From: Mytilus edulis
Lineage: Eukaryota
DNA length: 64,000 bases
Direction of reading: 5' to 3'
Assembly (NCBI RefSeq): GCF_963676685.1
Contig: NC_092356.1
Coordinates: 248,001 to 312,000 of the forward strand
The notes under the pieces were generated by a model. The model was not told where the DNA came from. It did not search any database and saw nothing but the letters and a program-made list of their open reading frames with translations. The translations under genes and the position numbers were made by a program. Positions 50,178 through 63,348 of this stretch are shown here, piece after piece. Within the stretch, counting starts at the first letter, position 1; each line of letters begins with the position of its first letter.

Positions 50178-51072
50178 AATTATATGACGAAGGCTCGCCA
50201 CAGACAACTGCTCCAACTATACTGATGTTGTGTTCAACTGAATAATCAAGAAACCAAACATTAGAACAACTACAATTCAAGGGGACATCACTCAAGTCTA
50301 GAAACATCAGCGCATCTAATCCAGAAAATATGTTATTTGGAAGCTCTTGAAAATTGTTTCCTGCAATACTTAAGTTACGGACTAATGTATTTTGGGAGAA
50401 CATATTGGCTTCTATAGAATCCAGGCCAGTGTTTTTCAGCATGATTGTTGTTACCGTTGTCAAAGGATTTAGAAAACCAGATGCGAGCTCTCCAGTATTG
50501 ATGGGAGAGTTATAGATTATGAATGTCCCTAGTGGAGTAGGTGAACTAGACCTTGCAACATTTAATCCATTCAGACTGTTGGTGTTGGTAGCTCCAATAG
50601 AACCTCCTTCAATCTTGAAATAATTCAACGTTCCGAAATCGGAGAAAACGCTATCAGGCAAGTCGGATATAACACAATTTGTCATATAGAATTCCTGGAT
50701 GTAATCCATACCCGCAAACGTTCCGGCACTTATATCCAATGTTCCGCCATTAACACATTCGATTTCTAACAACGTAGGATAGTCAGTATCGACTGTTCCT
50801 GTATTGAATGAACTGAATCCAGAAAACGAGGGAGAACTTAACGATCCTGATACGTTATAGATCCGGATTCTTTGTGGATCGGGAGAGGAGAAATCTGTCA
50901 TTACAAGGGGAAACGATACAGAATTAAACTCGCAATCAAAACGACCAATTAAACTGGCTGTGTCGTCCAAAGCACACCCTGTTGGAGCTCCACTAAGTGC
51001 AAACTTGAATAAGTTGAAAAAATCAAAAATCAAACAGAAAAAAATCCTGAAAATTTTTTTTGAACACATCAT
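50178..51072 (-). CDS. LRR gene G exon 1; full CDS join 50178..51072, 49397..49459, 47647..48107 (472 aa)
   Basis: ORF 50158..51072; PLNCSCSNVW; donor AATT|GTAAGT, phase 1. Confidence 0.92.
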
Positions 51073-52476
51073 AGAAAAAGTTTCAAAAACACTTTTAACA
51101 AATATTAAATTAAATTGTCTTGTTCAAACTAAACATTAAATTTTAAGACTGTCAGGAGGTTTGGAATATTTTCAATAAAACGTCATAGTTCGTGAAAGTT
51201 GATATTAAGACTTTATTTTATGCTAGATATATTTCTATACTGTTAAAATATTTTTAAAGCAGATCAAAACTTCTTTCATCTATAACAAGCAAAAAATTAT
51301 GATTAAAATATTATACACGTAAACATTCATAAATAAATGATAGTCCATCCATAGTTTTTTTTATAATTTGTTGCTCATTTTTAATCTTAAAAAGTAAGAT
51401 TTATTATTATCATCTACATGAAGATGACGTCCTGCATGGTCTTACAATCAAGTGGAATATTGCTCCATGTCGAATGCCTTACTGTAACTCTTAGAGGGAT
51501 ACTTTTTTTATATATTTTTCTGTAATTCCATTTTTTAATGGATGTATAGTTAAAATTTTTGTTAAGGGGCCAGCTGAAGCCTGCCGCCGGGTGTGTGATT
51601 TTTCGCTGTGTTGATGACCAATTGGTTACCTCGGCTGTTTTCTTATCTGTAGTCTGGCTTTTGTCTCATTGACACATTCCTTATTTCCATTCTCAATTTT
51701 ATTGTCACTTGACAAATAACCAGTGACAAATATTTCATTTGTATTCAGGACGATCTTCAGTCTATATCCGAATATATTTTTTATATATCTATGAAATAAT
51801 CTGTGTAATTTTTGTGTCTGGCAAAATATCTTTTATTAAAGGTTGTGTTATAGTATAAGTAGTACACGATAAGGGAAATAACTCTTGTCTGCTTATATTT
51901 GCTGTACGTGTTACCCGATTTCGGGTTAAGCGGGTTAGATACTTACATGTAAATAGGTTAACACCTATATTAGAATAAGGCAGTATTAACGGGCCGTATT
52001 AACATTGATATAACCTCTTCATAGGACAAAGAGTGACAAATTGAATCGGCAGTTCACACTCAAGAAAATATTCTAGTGCACTAGAAATGGTAAAATAAAT
52101 GAAATAAAAAATGTTTATAACTATGGTTTAGTAAAGGAACTTTTTTTCTATATTTGAATTCTTCGATAAGTTATTCTATAAATATATTTTTTTTTAGAAT
52201 ACACAATCTACCGAATAATAAACATGCCGATGTTTATATAGTGTCACGATCTTTGAATTAAATTTATATAAGACTAACTAATTAAATATTATGGCCAAAA
52301 GATTAAGTTTCATATTGGGTCAATAAAGAATTAAATGATCAAGGGGCTTTAACTTTATAAAAATTTAGGCCATGCTATAAAGTAGAAGCTTAATTTATTA
52401 TAAAATACAGTTTATCTGAATTATATAACCCATAAACATACATATTTCATATCATTATCTGCTCACCTGGATCTTA

Positions 52477-52735
52477 GGCAGCAACCATTTGATTTTCTGG
52501 GGGGGGCTATGGTTTTTTTTGGAAAAAAAAGTTTGTTTCCAGTTTTTGGAGAAAAAAATAATTTGTTTTTGATTCTGAGAAAAAAAAATTGTTTGTTTCA
52601 CCCTCAGCTGCCACTATATGTAATGCTAAAATTGAAAGAAAAAAATTGTTTTCGACTTGCCGCGAAAAAAAAGTTTGCACAGAAAAAAAAACCATAGCCC
52701 CCCCCCCCCCCCCAGAAAATCAAATGGTTGCTGCC
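52477..52735. mobile_element. PIF/Harbinger-type MITE
   Basis: TIR ggcagcaaccatttgattttctggggggg; TTA on both flanks. Confidence 0.85.
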
Positions 52736-53498
52736 TTAGGGCTAGTGTAACCTTTCGAGATCAATTGGCGTCCGTCATGCATGTTTGTCCGTTTACTTTG
52801 ATAAAAACTTTCTACATTTGTATTTATGAAACACTGAACTGCCACAATCAACCTTGGGATAATAAGAGTTCAAAAATATGTCCGATGAATAAACCGTCCA
52901 ACCTACGTGGCCAATCAGATTAAACATAGACCTTAATAGTAAAATGCTAAATAATATTGTCTATTAAAATGTATGTTGAAAACCGTTATAGAAATGGAAA
53001 TCTGACTGGGCGAAAGTTTTCGATATGTCGTCAAGATCTACATATTTCTAAAAAAAAAAAAAAAAAAATACAAGACAACTACTTACAGGATTGATTGCCC
53101 TGAAATACTTACAATTTAGGAGATAACTGTATTGTATTTTAAGCTCTGTCGACATCAATTGGGGATTTGATGGTCGCAAATGATTACTGGCGACGCATTA
53201 GCGGAGACAGTAAACACCATTTGCGACCATCAAATCCCCAATTGATGCCGTCGGAGCTTAAAATACGATATTGTTATCTCCATTCTAATGAAACTGACAG
53301 AAAACAACGTTAAAATATGTATTTAAAATCTGTCATATGCCATCTGCGCTTGCGCGTACGTCCAATGGCACGCCATGTAAATACATGACGTTTTCCAATC
53401 AAAATGAACGTTACAAACGTTGTTGCATTAGAATGTACAAGAATTGTATTGTTTTTAGATAAATATTATCTTGCAAACTATAATAATATAGAGAGAGA

Positions 53499-53680
53499 GA
53501 AACTTTGGGTCAAATATGACCAGCATTGCATGATGAAATTTAGGGTTAAATATGACCAGCATTGAATGATGAAACTTTGGGTCAAATATGACCAGCATTG
53601 CATGATGAAATTTAGGGTTAAATATGACCAGCATTGAATGATGAAACTTTGGGTCAAATATGACCAGCATTGACTGATGA
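53499..53680 (+). repeat. 36-bp tandem repeat, 5 copies with alternating variants
   Basis: gatgaaa(c/t)tt(t/a)gggt(c/t)aaatatgaccagcattg. Confidence 0.9.
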
Positions 53681-56007
53681 TGTTTCCAATTATTTCTTTT
53701 TTGTTTGCATTTTTGTTCCAAATTTAGCATGTGTAGTAGAAATTGTATCTACAAAATCAATCTATCAGAAATTGTTTTTCTCAATCTCTGTTAAATAACA
53801 TTGCATCATCAAATTCATTACCATGCAGAAAGGTTTGAGGGATTCAAATGAAGCTATATTACATATTTTTTGTTACGTAGTAATCGAAAAAAAAAAATAA
53901 CTGAGTAGTGTTGTTATACTGTTTGCTGGCTTTAAGTAGATATCAACCATATGATTGATATAATTGTTGAATAGAGCAATGCATCCGTCACATATATAAC
54001 TTTATTACACTGATTGGTATTTTGTCTCGCATATACATGTATGAAATATTAGCCACTGGACATTAAGCAGCAACAAAAAGTTATTCAATCTATAGATATA
54101 AGAAGATGAGGTATAAGAGACAATGAGACAACTCTCCATCCAAGTCATAATTTGTAAAAAGTGTAGACCATTATTGGTCAAAGTACGGCATTCAACGCGG
54201 ATCATTGGTTTAACCGAACAACTAGCTATTAAGGGCCCAAAAATTACAGACTATTTTTTATGAAATCGAGAAACGAGAAACAAATTATGACCCACATCAA
54301 TAAACGACAACCACCTGACTTGGGAAAGGTGCAAACAAATGCAGCGTGTTTAAACGTTTTAACAGGCGCCAACCTTCACCCTTACATGAAAGGGTAGCAT
54401 AACATTTCGACATGGAAAGTAATATTGCTAGATGTTGTGTGAAAGTCGTAATGTTTTGTGATAACGTTAGATAAGAAAATAAAACGAGGTTGCTTCCCTT
54501 GGTAAATTGACCCTTTACCAATCAATCCGGCGTAGAGGACGCCTTTAACTGATCCAGATTATAAAGTGTGACGTGTTGAAGATAGAGCTCTTAATTCTTC
54601 TAAAAATCAATTATAACAACTAATATAAAAATAAGCAATGTATAATCATAATGAAACAACTATCCACGAGAGTCCAAATGACATATAATAGGTCACCGTA
54701 CGGTACAAACTCCCCGGCAGTTCCAGTTCCGATCCGCATACGGGCCCGAATACTACTCTACACTAAGGAGTAAAGGAAAAAGGTTCCGGAACGGAAACGA
54801 TCACTGTACGGAGTTTGCGTACGGTACTGGCCGTCAAAAATGAGAAAAATCCATACTGCACTGTCGGCTATTTCAAAGGTCCCGGAACGACAAAAGCAAA
54901 ACAACTTAAAGCAGAAAACCAACCGCCTGATTTAAATAAAGAAACAATTATACACCTAGATTATTTTTTACTTAACACTCATGACACTGATGCAAGTCTT
55001 TTAATACCAGTATGCGTAATTATACTGCAATCAGCTATTTTACTATACAGATAAAGCTATACGTATAAACGTTAGCTTTATACGTCAATGACCTCAACTC
55101 ACCTATAAGCCCCGCCTACTTACAACGTCACGTCACAACCATGACAACATGTAGTAACAATGGTCAAACTTTTATGAATTTAAACCTGTTATGTCTTCAA
55201 ATTGGTAATTTATATACCATGTTTATCAAATGTTATTAATTAAATTCATTTTCCCTTTCTAATTCCTTAAATTGTCAATGCTTACCGCCTAGACTACGCT
55301 CATAGGGAAATACCCCAAAATGGTACCCCAAGGGGGAAATTCCAAACACTTTTTTTTAATAATGTTTGTTTCATATTTTTATTATTTTTTTATTTTTTTA
55401 TCGATTTCAGTATAAAAACAATATACGTATAGTGTCTTGAAATATGAAATTTATTTGTATTCGGCACGAAACGGGAAAATGCTCGGTAGAACCTCGCATT
55501 TTCCCGTTTCTAAGCCTCATACAAATAAATTTCATATTTCAAGACACTATACGTATATTGTCTAATTATACTGTACAGGTTTAACTTATATCATTTGATG
55601 ATATTTTTCAACCTCATTAAAAAGTAAAATCACAAAAATACTGAACTCCGAGGAAAATTCATAAAGGAAAGTCCCCAATCAAATGGCAAAATCAAATAAC
55701 AAAACACATCAAACGATAAATGGACAACAACTGTCATATTCCTGACTTGGTACAGGCGTTTTCAAATGTAGAAAATGGTTGATTGAACCTGGTTGTATAG
55801 CGCTAAACCTCTCACTTGTATGAAAGTTGTTGTAAATGAAGTTCAGGTTTTCGGTTGCGGGGTTTTCTCGCTGTGTTGAAGCCCCGTTGATGGCCTTGTG
55901 CTCTTTGGTACGGTTGTTGTCTCTTCGACACATTCCCCATTTCCGGTCTCAATTGCATGTCAAATATAATAAATTCTAGTTGTACATAAACTTTATTCCC
56001 CTAAAGA

Positions 56008-56138
56008 CTAAGGAGTTAAATCTAATGATTCTGGGTTGGTAAATATTCCCCATCTCTTCTTTCCTATATAATATTTCCTGTACCATCCAAAGCCTACTGT
56101 CCTGGCTAGAAGCCATAGTTTACATTTTACACTGACAT
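56008..56138 (-). CDS. Gene H terminal coding exon (DVSVKCKLWLLARTVGFGWYRKYYIGKKRWGIFTNPESLDLTP*)
   Basis: tttttcAG acceptor in phase 1, open to TAG at 56008. Confidence 0.72.
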
Positions 56139-56571
56139 CTGAAAAATAATAACATTAACAAGTTTTAATTGTGAAATAAGAGTACAATCATAATTACAAT
56201 TTGTCTGTATAAGAGATGGCCACGTTCTCTACAAGTTAAGAACCTAATGATTCCGCACGTGGGTATACATGTAGTTGAGAGGCAAACTTTCAGTCATCTT
56301 CAAATATCCTCATTTTCCAGTGGCAGTGCTATTTTTGCAGATCTTCATCCCGGACAACCTCTATATATATATATATATGTATATGTGTTATTTGAGTCCA
56401 TATCTTCTCCATATATTCCTTGTTAATTTGTGCTCGTCCTGAACATGCATGAATTATTTGCCACTTCACACAAACAGAAATAATGAACAAATAAAAAGCT
56501 CAATAGTTTGCTTCGAACGAAAATTAAAAAAACAAATGTTTAAAAAAAAATGAATTAAGGTTTATCCATAC

Positions 56572-56658
56572 CTTGCTTCTCTTTAATAACTCCATGTTCA
56601 TTTACTTTGTAACTTGAAGATAATATGTGTTTACAGTTAGAGGAAGAGAAAATCCGTC
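56572..56658 (-). CDS. Gene H exon (GRIFSSSNCKHILSSSYKVNEHGVIKEKQ)
   Basis: tttatAG acceptor, AAG|GTATGG donor, phase 1-1. Confidence 0.72.
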
Positions 56659-57026
56659 CTATAAATAAATCTTATATTAGAACCAGTAAATATATCATTT
56701 CGATACTATCTCTTGCATAGCAAAACGGTTAACTATTATATTCATGAGTTGCGTCGGATAGAAATCGACTTAAAACATGCAAATAAATATCAAAATATAT
56801 GTTAACTAATTTTGTGGGTTGACAAAAATCTCTATACACAGTCTGTAGCTGTTTGAAAATTGATGCAATGTACAAATACCCTCAAATCAGACCAACATCC
56901 ATCTTTAATTTTGTAGTTCAAATTGAATGTCACAAAATCAATCAAAGTATTAGCAATGGACATGTACATGCGTGCACTTACATTAGGCCGATTTCTATCT
57001 GACGCAGCTCATAGAGTGTATGTAAA

Positions 57027-57817
57027 ATTATTACAGGCAGCATACACAAATTATTACAGGCAGCATACACAAATTATTACAGGCAGTATACACACATTAT
57101 TACAGGCAGTATATACACATTATTACAGGCAGTATACACACATTATTACAGGCAGTATACACACATTATTACAGGCAGTATACACACATTATTACAGGCA
57201 GTATACACAAATTATTACAGGAGGCAGTATACACACATTATTACAGGCAGTATACACAAATTATTACAGGCAGTATACACAAATTATTACAGGAAGTATA
57301 CACAAATTGTTACAGGCAGTATACACACATTATAACAGGCAGTATACACACATTATAACAGGCAGTATACACACATTATTACAGGCAGTATACACACATT
57401 ATTACAGGCAGTATAGGTAGTAAACACAAATTATTACAGGCAGTATAAAATTGAGAATGGAAATGGGGAATGCGTCAAAGAGACAACAACCCGACCAAAT
57501 AAAAAACAACAGCAGAGGGTCACCAACAGGTCTTCAATGTAGCGAGAAATTCCCGCACCCGGAGGCGTCCTTCAGCTGGCCCCTAAACAAATATATACTA
57601 GTCCAGTGATAATGAACGCCATACTAATTTCCAAATTGTACACAAGAAACTAAAATTAAAATAATACAAGACTAACAAAGGCCAGAGGCTCCTGACTTGG
57701 GACAGGCGCAAAAATGCGGCGGGGTTAAACATGTTTGTGAGATCTCAACCCTCCCCCTATACCTCTAACCAATGTAGAAAAGTATACACACATTATTACA
57801 GGCAGTATACACAAATT
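57027..57817 (+). repeat. 23-bp minisatellite interrupted by a dispersed-repeat insertion (57447-57783)
   Basis: Unit attattacaggcagtatacacac resumes after the insertion. Confidence 0.9.
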
Positions 57818-58244
57818 ATCGACGATCTCCTGATTGCTGCTCCACATTGACTCAGCTGCTAGCTGGATAAGTCTGATGGTAAAAACCAAGTACAAAACGG
57901 AAGGGATCCAGCTTAGAGAACAACCATTTAACTTCAAGGGGAATGTGTTGTGGTTGCTTTGATTTTAATCTGAGTCAGAACGTTTCGGCGAAAAGCACTT
58001 TTTCTTTTTATAGTTTTTCGACGCTATCAATCACATTTTAACACTTTTAAAGGTATGGGGAAAATCTTGATTCAGAATTTTTTGTTCATAATTGACCACA
58101 CTTTTTTTCTTCATCATGTTGAGGTCCCCCTTTCTTTCTCTTGAAATTAAATTGGCGCTCACTTACATAGATACACACTGAAATTAGAGATGAACAAACT
58201 AAAATTAGTCTTGTATGACATTACAGTTGAATTAAATTGCTTAC

Positions 58245-58353
58245 CATAGCTAGAGTTCAGGAATATAATTTCAATTTCATCGTCACTTCTGAGTTTACGA
58301 TGTAAAATGGTGGGTTGAAGATGAAACAAGTATCCCCAATTTGTAAATGTCGT
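58245..58353 (-). CDS. Gene H exon (TTFTNWGYLFHLQPTILHRKLRSDDEIEIIFLNSSY)
   Basis: cttgcAG acceptor, ATG|GTAAGC donor, phase 0-1; within ORF 58159..58359. Confidence 0.75.
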
Positions 58354-58863
58354 CTGCAAGATTGAACAAGGTAAAATTAAGAGTTAGACGCCATTACATT
58401 ATACGAATAATTCAAAACCTCAAAGCATGCAAATAATGGGTTTTCTGACATCCTAACATATATTTGATTCGACGTTTATAAGTACGTTAATTGAGATACG
58501 GTATACCCAGTAGTGTTGCATATGTCCATCCGTTCAAAAAGTCCTTGTGGTTTTGTTCATTTTCAAGTAAAGAGATGTTTGGTTAACGTCTTAATGTTAT
58601 TATTAAAAAAAAAATAAAAAAAGAAATAAAAAAAATACTAAAAATAAGTTTTCCTTGAATATTATCTTCTTAAACTTCATCAAAGGCTATAAGACAGTCA
58701 AATTTATATTATGTGGAATCATTTTTTTTGAAAGGGCCTAAACAGAACACTTTAATCCGTCTCGGGTCAATTTTCTATTGGACAATGATTGATACTTATT
58801 GGAAACAGAAACAAATCATTACTACTTATAAAATAAACCAATGAAAATAATTCAGATTCTTAC

Positions 58864-58972
58864 CGTGGATTTTATGACAGGAAATTTGTATATATCGCTG
58901 TAATATTTGTAGATGTTATCTGATATATCTCCTTTCCAATATGAATTGAGTGTGTTTTCTACTATCTCGTGT
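58864..58972 (-). CDS. Gene H exon (HEIVENTLNSYWKGDISDNIYKYYSDIYKFPVIKST)
   Basis: ttttgtAG acceptor, ACG|GTAAGA donor, phase 2-0. Confidence 0.75.
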
Positions 58973-60278
58973 CTACAAAATATCGGACAAGACACTATAT
59001 TAAGTTGTGTAGGTTACTATTAGTTACATAGAGTGCTAGTAACATAATACGGTATATATGGGGTCAGTAAATACCATATGGAATTTACTAACCCCATATA
59101 TATACCGTTTTACGTCACTAACAGGCTTTATATATATGTAACGAATTTTTCTTAGTAAACTAGTGACCCGGTTATCAAAATAAGCAAGTCTTCAATACTG
59201 TTAGCATGAAGAAACTACTTCCGTAAATCCTACAAAAACAGATGCCAACAATAACATCTTGTTAGGTTTAAATGTGTTTTATGAATTTATTTCAATCTTA
59301 ATCATCAATTTCTTTGTCTGTTTAAACCTTTAAGATGTTTTCTAAGTACCGTTTTCGTTTTTAAAAATGACGTAACATCACTACTATTAACCGTGTGTGA
59401 AATAAGCCCCTCCTCCCTTCTAACCTAATATGGAATATAAAGGGACGTAACACCACTACTAACCGTGTATGAAATAAGCCCCGCCTCCCTACTAAGCTAA
59501 TATGAAATATGTCGGTCTCCACGCTCACGCTTTTAACCAATCACATTCCTAGAAATGTATTTATATAGGAGATAAGATAAATATTTATCCTGCAATACAC
59601 AAATAAACTTTTGATTTCTTGACAGCTACCACCAGTTCTTGTACAAATCAAGTGCCCATTGCCTTGCTTAACTTTTGAGGAAACTGCAATATTATTAAGA
59701 TTGCTTAACTAAGGCTAATTCAGATAATTTTAGAGCTCTCTCTGCTGTCCGCATTTAATTAACAATTTGTATTCGGTAAAAAGTTCGCAAGAGCTTATGT
59801 TTGAATTGTTAACTTTATGTACGTGTACCAAATCAAAATAAAACTTTCGTATTTATATTCGTTTCGAAACGTACCATAGTAATACATTCTAGATACATGT
59901 ATATATGATATTAAAGAAAAAATAAAATACGAGACTAACAAAGGTCAGAGGCTCCTGACTTAAGACAAGTGTAAATATACGAGAGGATCAAACAGGATTT
60001 GTGATATTTCAACCCCCTTTTCCTCTAGCGAATGTAGAATAAACAAACACACAGCAATACACGCAGTAAAACCAAGTTTAATCTTTTTAATGACTTTTAT
60101 AGAGATATTGCAAACTATTCACTTTTTTAATCTCTTTAAAGCTTTCTGCGCTCTTTATTTGCATTCATAATCAAAGCTATTGTAATAATACAGCATATAA
60201 CCTTGACTCATACTGTTCATGCATAGTTACTGTATCATTTCAACATTAATAGTATATATAAAAAGACTTGATATTTAC

Positions 60279-60385
60279 TTGCTGTCTAATTTGCAGGTGC
60301 ACAATATAGTTTTTAAGTTGATATGGATACTGTTCATTTGATCCTTCGTTCTTCTTAGAATCTGTTCCTGTATAATGTTAGCGAG
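60279..60385 (-). CDS. Gene H exon (LANIIQEQILRRTKDQMNSIHINLKTILCTCKLDS)
   Basis: ccccttttcAG acceptor, AA|GTAAAT donor, phase 0-2. Confidence 0.72.
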
Positions 60386-60859
60386 CTGAAAAGGGGAAAC
60401 GTGTATAACTCACATGTAAACTATCATTTAGTTGAAATCAAAAACTCAATTAATCACGATTAACTTACTATTTGATTGAATTTCTGCTTCTTTTTTTAAA
60501 GAATCTGCAGAGTTGCGAAGAATGTAGTGATTTCATGGTCACAATTATGCATGTTGCATTGTATTATATTTCGATTCCTTATTCAGAGTGAGCGGATCGA
60601 GCCATTGGTGTATGTGAATGTAATGCGAACGCATGATACTTTATAATTCCTCCGTGGTAATTAGTTTCAAATTTCACTACCCCAGCGTTACAAACTTTTT
60701 CTTTATTTTTTTCCCGGTGTATGTATCCCTCCGCGGTTTGTTGAGTTTCCAATAAATGGATTTAGGCTCGCGATATTTTGGGCATTTGGATTACACATTT
60801 CGCAGAGAAATGTTATGATCAACAATGGTAAGTGTACCGAAAATAACGTAGAAATAAAA

Positions 60860-61322
60860 CCTCACAATGTGTATACAAACCCCGATAGTCTGTACGAACC
60901 TTCGATATTTCACCATATAACAAGACCCGATAGTCTGTACGAACCTTTGATATTTCACCATATAACAATGTGTATACAATACCCGATAGTCTGTACGAAC
61001 CTTCGATATTTCACCATATAACAATGTGTATACAATACCCGATAGTCTGTACGAACCTTTGATATTTCACCATATAACAATGTGTATACAATACCCGATA
61101 GTCTGTATGAACCTTCGATATTTCACCATATAACAATGTGTATACAATACCCGATAGTCTGTACGAACCTTTGATATTTCACCATATAACAATGTGTATA
61201 CAATACCCGATAGTCTGTATGAACCTTTGATATTTCACCACATAACAATGTGTCGAAAACCCTATACTCGATATGAACGTTCGATATTTTTCACCAGCTC
61301 ACAATGTGTAGAAAACCAGATA
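60860..61322 (-). repeat. 56-bp variant of the same donor-containing repeat, distal block
   Basis: Shares cgatagtct.tacgaaccttcgatatttcacc with the 54-bp unit; period 56 (61000, 61056, ...). Confidence 0.9.
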
Positions 61323-61869
61323 CTGTGGATTCGTTATTAATCGTTGGATACCTAATTTCGTGTATTTCGTGGGTACAGATGAAGCTTGAAATAAAATAGT
61401 CAACGAATTACATATTTTCTATAGGCTTATATACACCCAATGGCAAAACCACGAAATTTAATATCCACGAGCATGTAAGTTAACACAAATCTACAGTTAA
61501 TGTAGTAGTTACAAACCTTCGATATTTCCCCCTAGCAACATTTTGTAATTAAGGATTATGACTGCAATATTTTTTTCTGTCTTTGAAGAAATAACATAAA
61601 AAAATTGGTGCACACTGATGAATAACGCGCGTAGCGGGTTATTTAACAGTGTACACCACATTTTTATGTTATTTCGAATAGACAGAAAAAATATTACAGT
61701 CATTTCTTATAATTTAATTTTAAATTCAATTTCAAACCGTAGAAAAAACATGAAAAAACGTTGATGACGTCACGGTCACATGACTAAATTATGTATATGG
61801 GCTGATCCAAAATAACGTCAGCCAATCAGAAGACGCGTTACATCCAAAATTAAATTATTCATATGTAGC

Positions 61870-62393
61870 AACCTATACGAACCTTCGATATTTAACTACT
61901 TACATTGTAACCTTGTGTAAAACAACACCCGATAGTCTATTCAAATCTTTGATACTTTACCTCCTCACCATGTTTTAAAAACCCGATAGTCGATATTAAC
62001 CTTCGATATTTCACAAAACCACCATGTTTAGAAAACCCGAAAGTCTATATTAACCTTCGATATTTCACAAAACCACCATGTTTAGAAAACTCGATAGTCT
62101 ATACGAACCTTCGATATTTCACAAAACCACCATGTTTAGAAAACCCGATAGTCGATATTAACCTTCGATATTTCACAAAACCACCATGTTTAGAAAACCC
62201 GAAAGTCTATATTAACCTTCGATATTTCACAAAACCACCATGTTTAGAAAACTCGATAGTCTATACGAACCTTCGATATTTCACAAAACCACCATGTTTA
62301 GAAAACCCGATAGTCGATATTAACCTTCGATATTTCACAAAACCACCATGTTTAGAAAACTCGATAGTCTATACGAACCTTCGATATTTCACC
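61870..62393 (-). repeat. 54-bp tandem repeat spanning the donor of gene H exon 62379..62594, with 162-bp higher-order period
   Basis: ccttcgatatttcac recurs every 54 bp from 62000 to 62378. Confidence 0.92.
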
Positions 62394-62594
62394 TCCTAAC
62401 TCTTCAAACTCCGACATGACTTTCTCCATTTTCTTCAATTCTTTGCTGTCTTTTGATTTCAAGGTTTGTAATTTTTTGGCAAGAAATCTTTCTTCTACTA
62501 CTTTGTATACGTTTAATCCGGGCTCTTTATTTTTTTCGAGATTACGTGTACTTCCCTCGCATAAGCCCAAATCCCTCCGTACAGCTCCAAATTT
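62379..62594 (-). CDS. Gene H (unknown product) internal exon, helical/charged; 3' part joins 62379..62594, 60279..60385, 58864..58972, 58245..58353, 56572..56658, 56008..56138
   Basis: gatAG acceptor, AAG|GTTCGT donor, 216 bp phase 0-0; six exons chain in one open frame with junction phases 0, 2, 0, 1, 1. Confidence 0.75.
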
Positions 62595-63348
62595 CTATCA
62601 TATATAAATAGAAAATAAGTATTTATCAGTTCAATAGTTTTATTCTATTCTATTCATACATTTAACGTTTTTCCCGGCCCCAATACCAATCAAAATTATT
62701 AGGCAAAAGTTATCATTACTACATTTGTAATATTATTATGTCATCTTTTTACATTAACAATACACCTCTTATAAACCCTTTCAGATATTTCACAAAAGAT
62801 ATACTAAGTACAATGTAGGTAATTTGTGGATCATTGTCATGTCAGTATCTGCTTGTAGTCCTCTGTTAATTTGTGGATCATTGTCATTTTCATTATTTCC
62901 TTCTGTTGCTTATTCTAACAAAAGACTCGAATTTATTTTTTACCTATATTTACTCTGCATTCTGCTGTGTTTTTTTTTTTCTGTTTTCATTCTCTATTCA
63001 ACATATACATGTATAACTGTATGATGAGGGCAAACTTTAAATATAAGCAACATATTCCGATATTACATGTATAAGTATACGTATCGAGCAAAGGAAGGCG
63101 TCACAAATTCGTGAAACAAATTGAAAGAAATAAAAACAAAGTAAAAATAAAGCAATATCAGCGAGTAAAGACAGAAAAAGAATTATCGAAAATAAAGATC
63201 AATTTGGTGATACATAAGAAATAAAGGATATGGTGCATCAATCCATTACAAAAAATCAGCTGATGCACAGTCAACACAAAAACAAATAAGTCATGATTAA
63301 TCCTTTTTACTATTAATTACTAGTATATGTTGCGACGTATAATGGTGA

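Larger units (their letters stand above)
484..51072 (-). other. Tandem cluster of seven paralogous LRR-transmembrane (TIR-less) receptor-like genes A-G
   Basis: Seven ~300-aa ORFs on one strand share variants of motifs PxGCxYD..C, PQR, FSGFS, DxxYPxxL..C, GGS, PxGE and CxC..W..C..P, and have the same exon layout with phase-1 introns. Confidence 0.93.

Noticed and set aside
484-51072. Calling the cluster Toll-like receptors or VLRs
   Set aside because: No TIR domain in any terminal exon, and no flanking LRR cassette library or incomplete germline gene as in VLR loci.
56923-57420. 165-aa ORF
   Set aside because: Translation of a 23-bp minisatellite.
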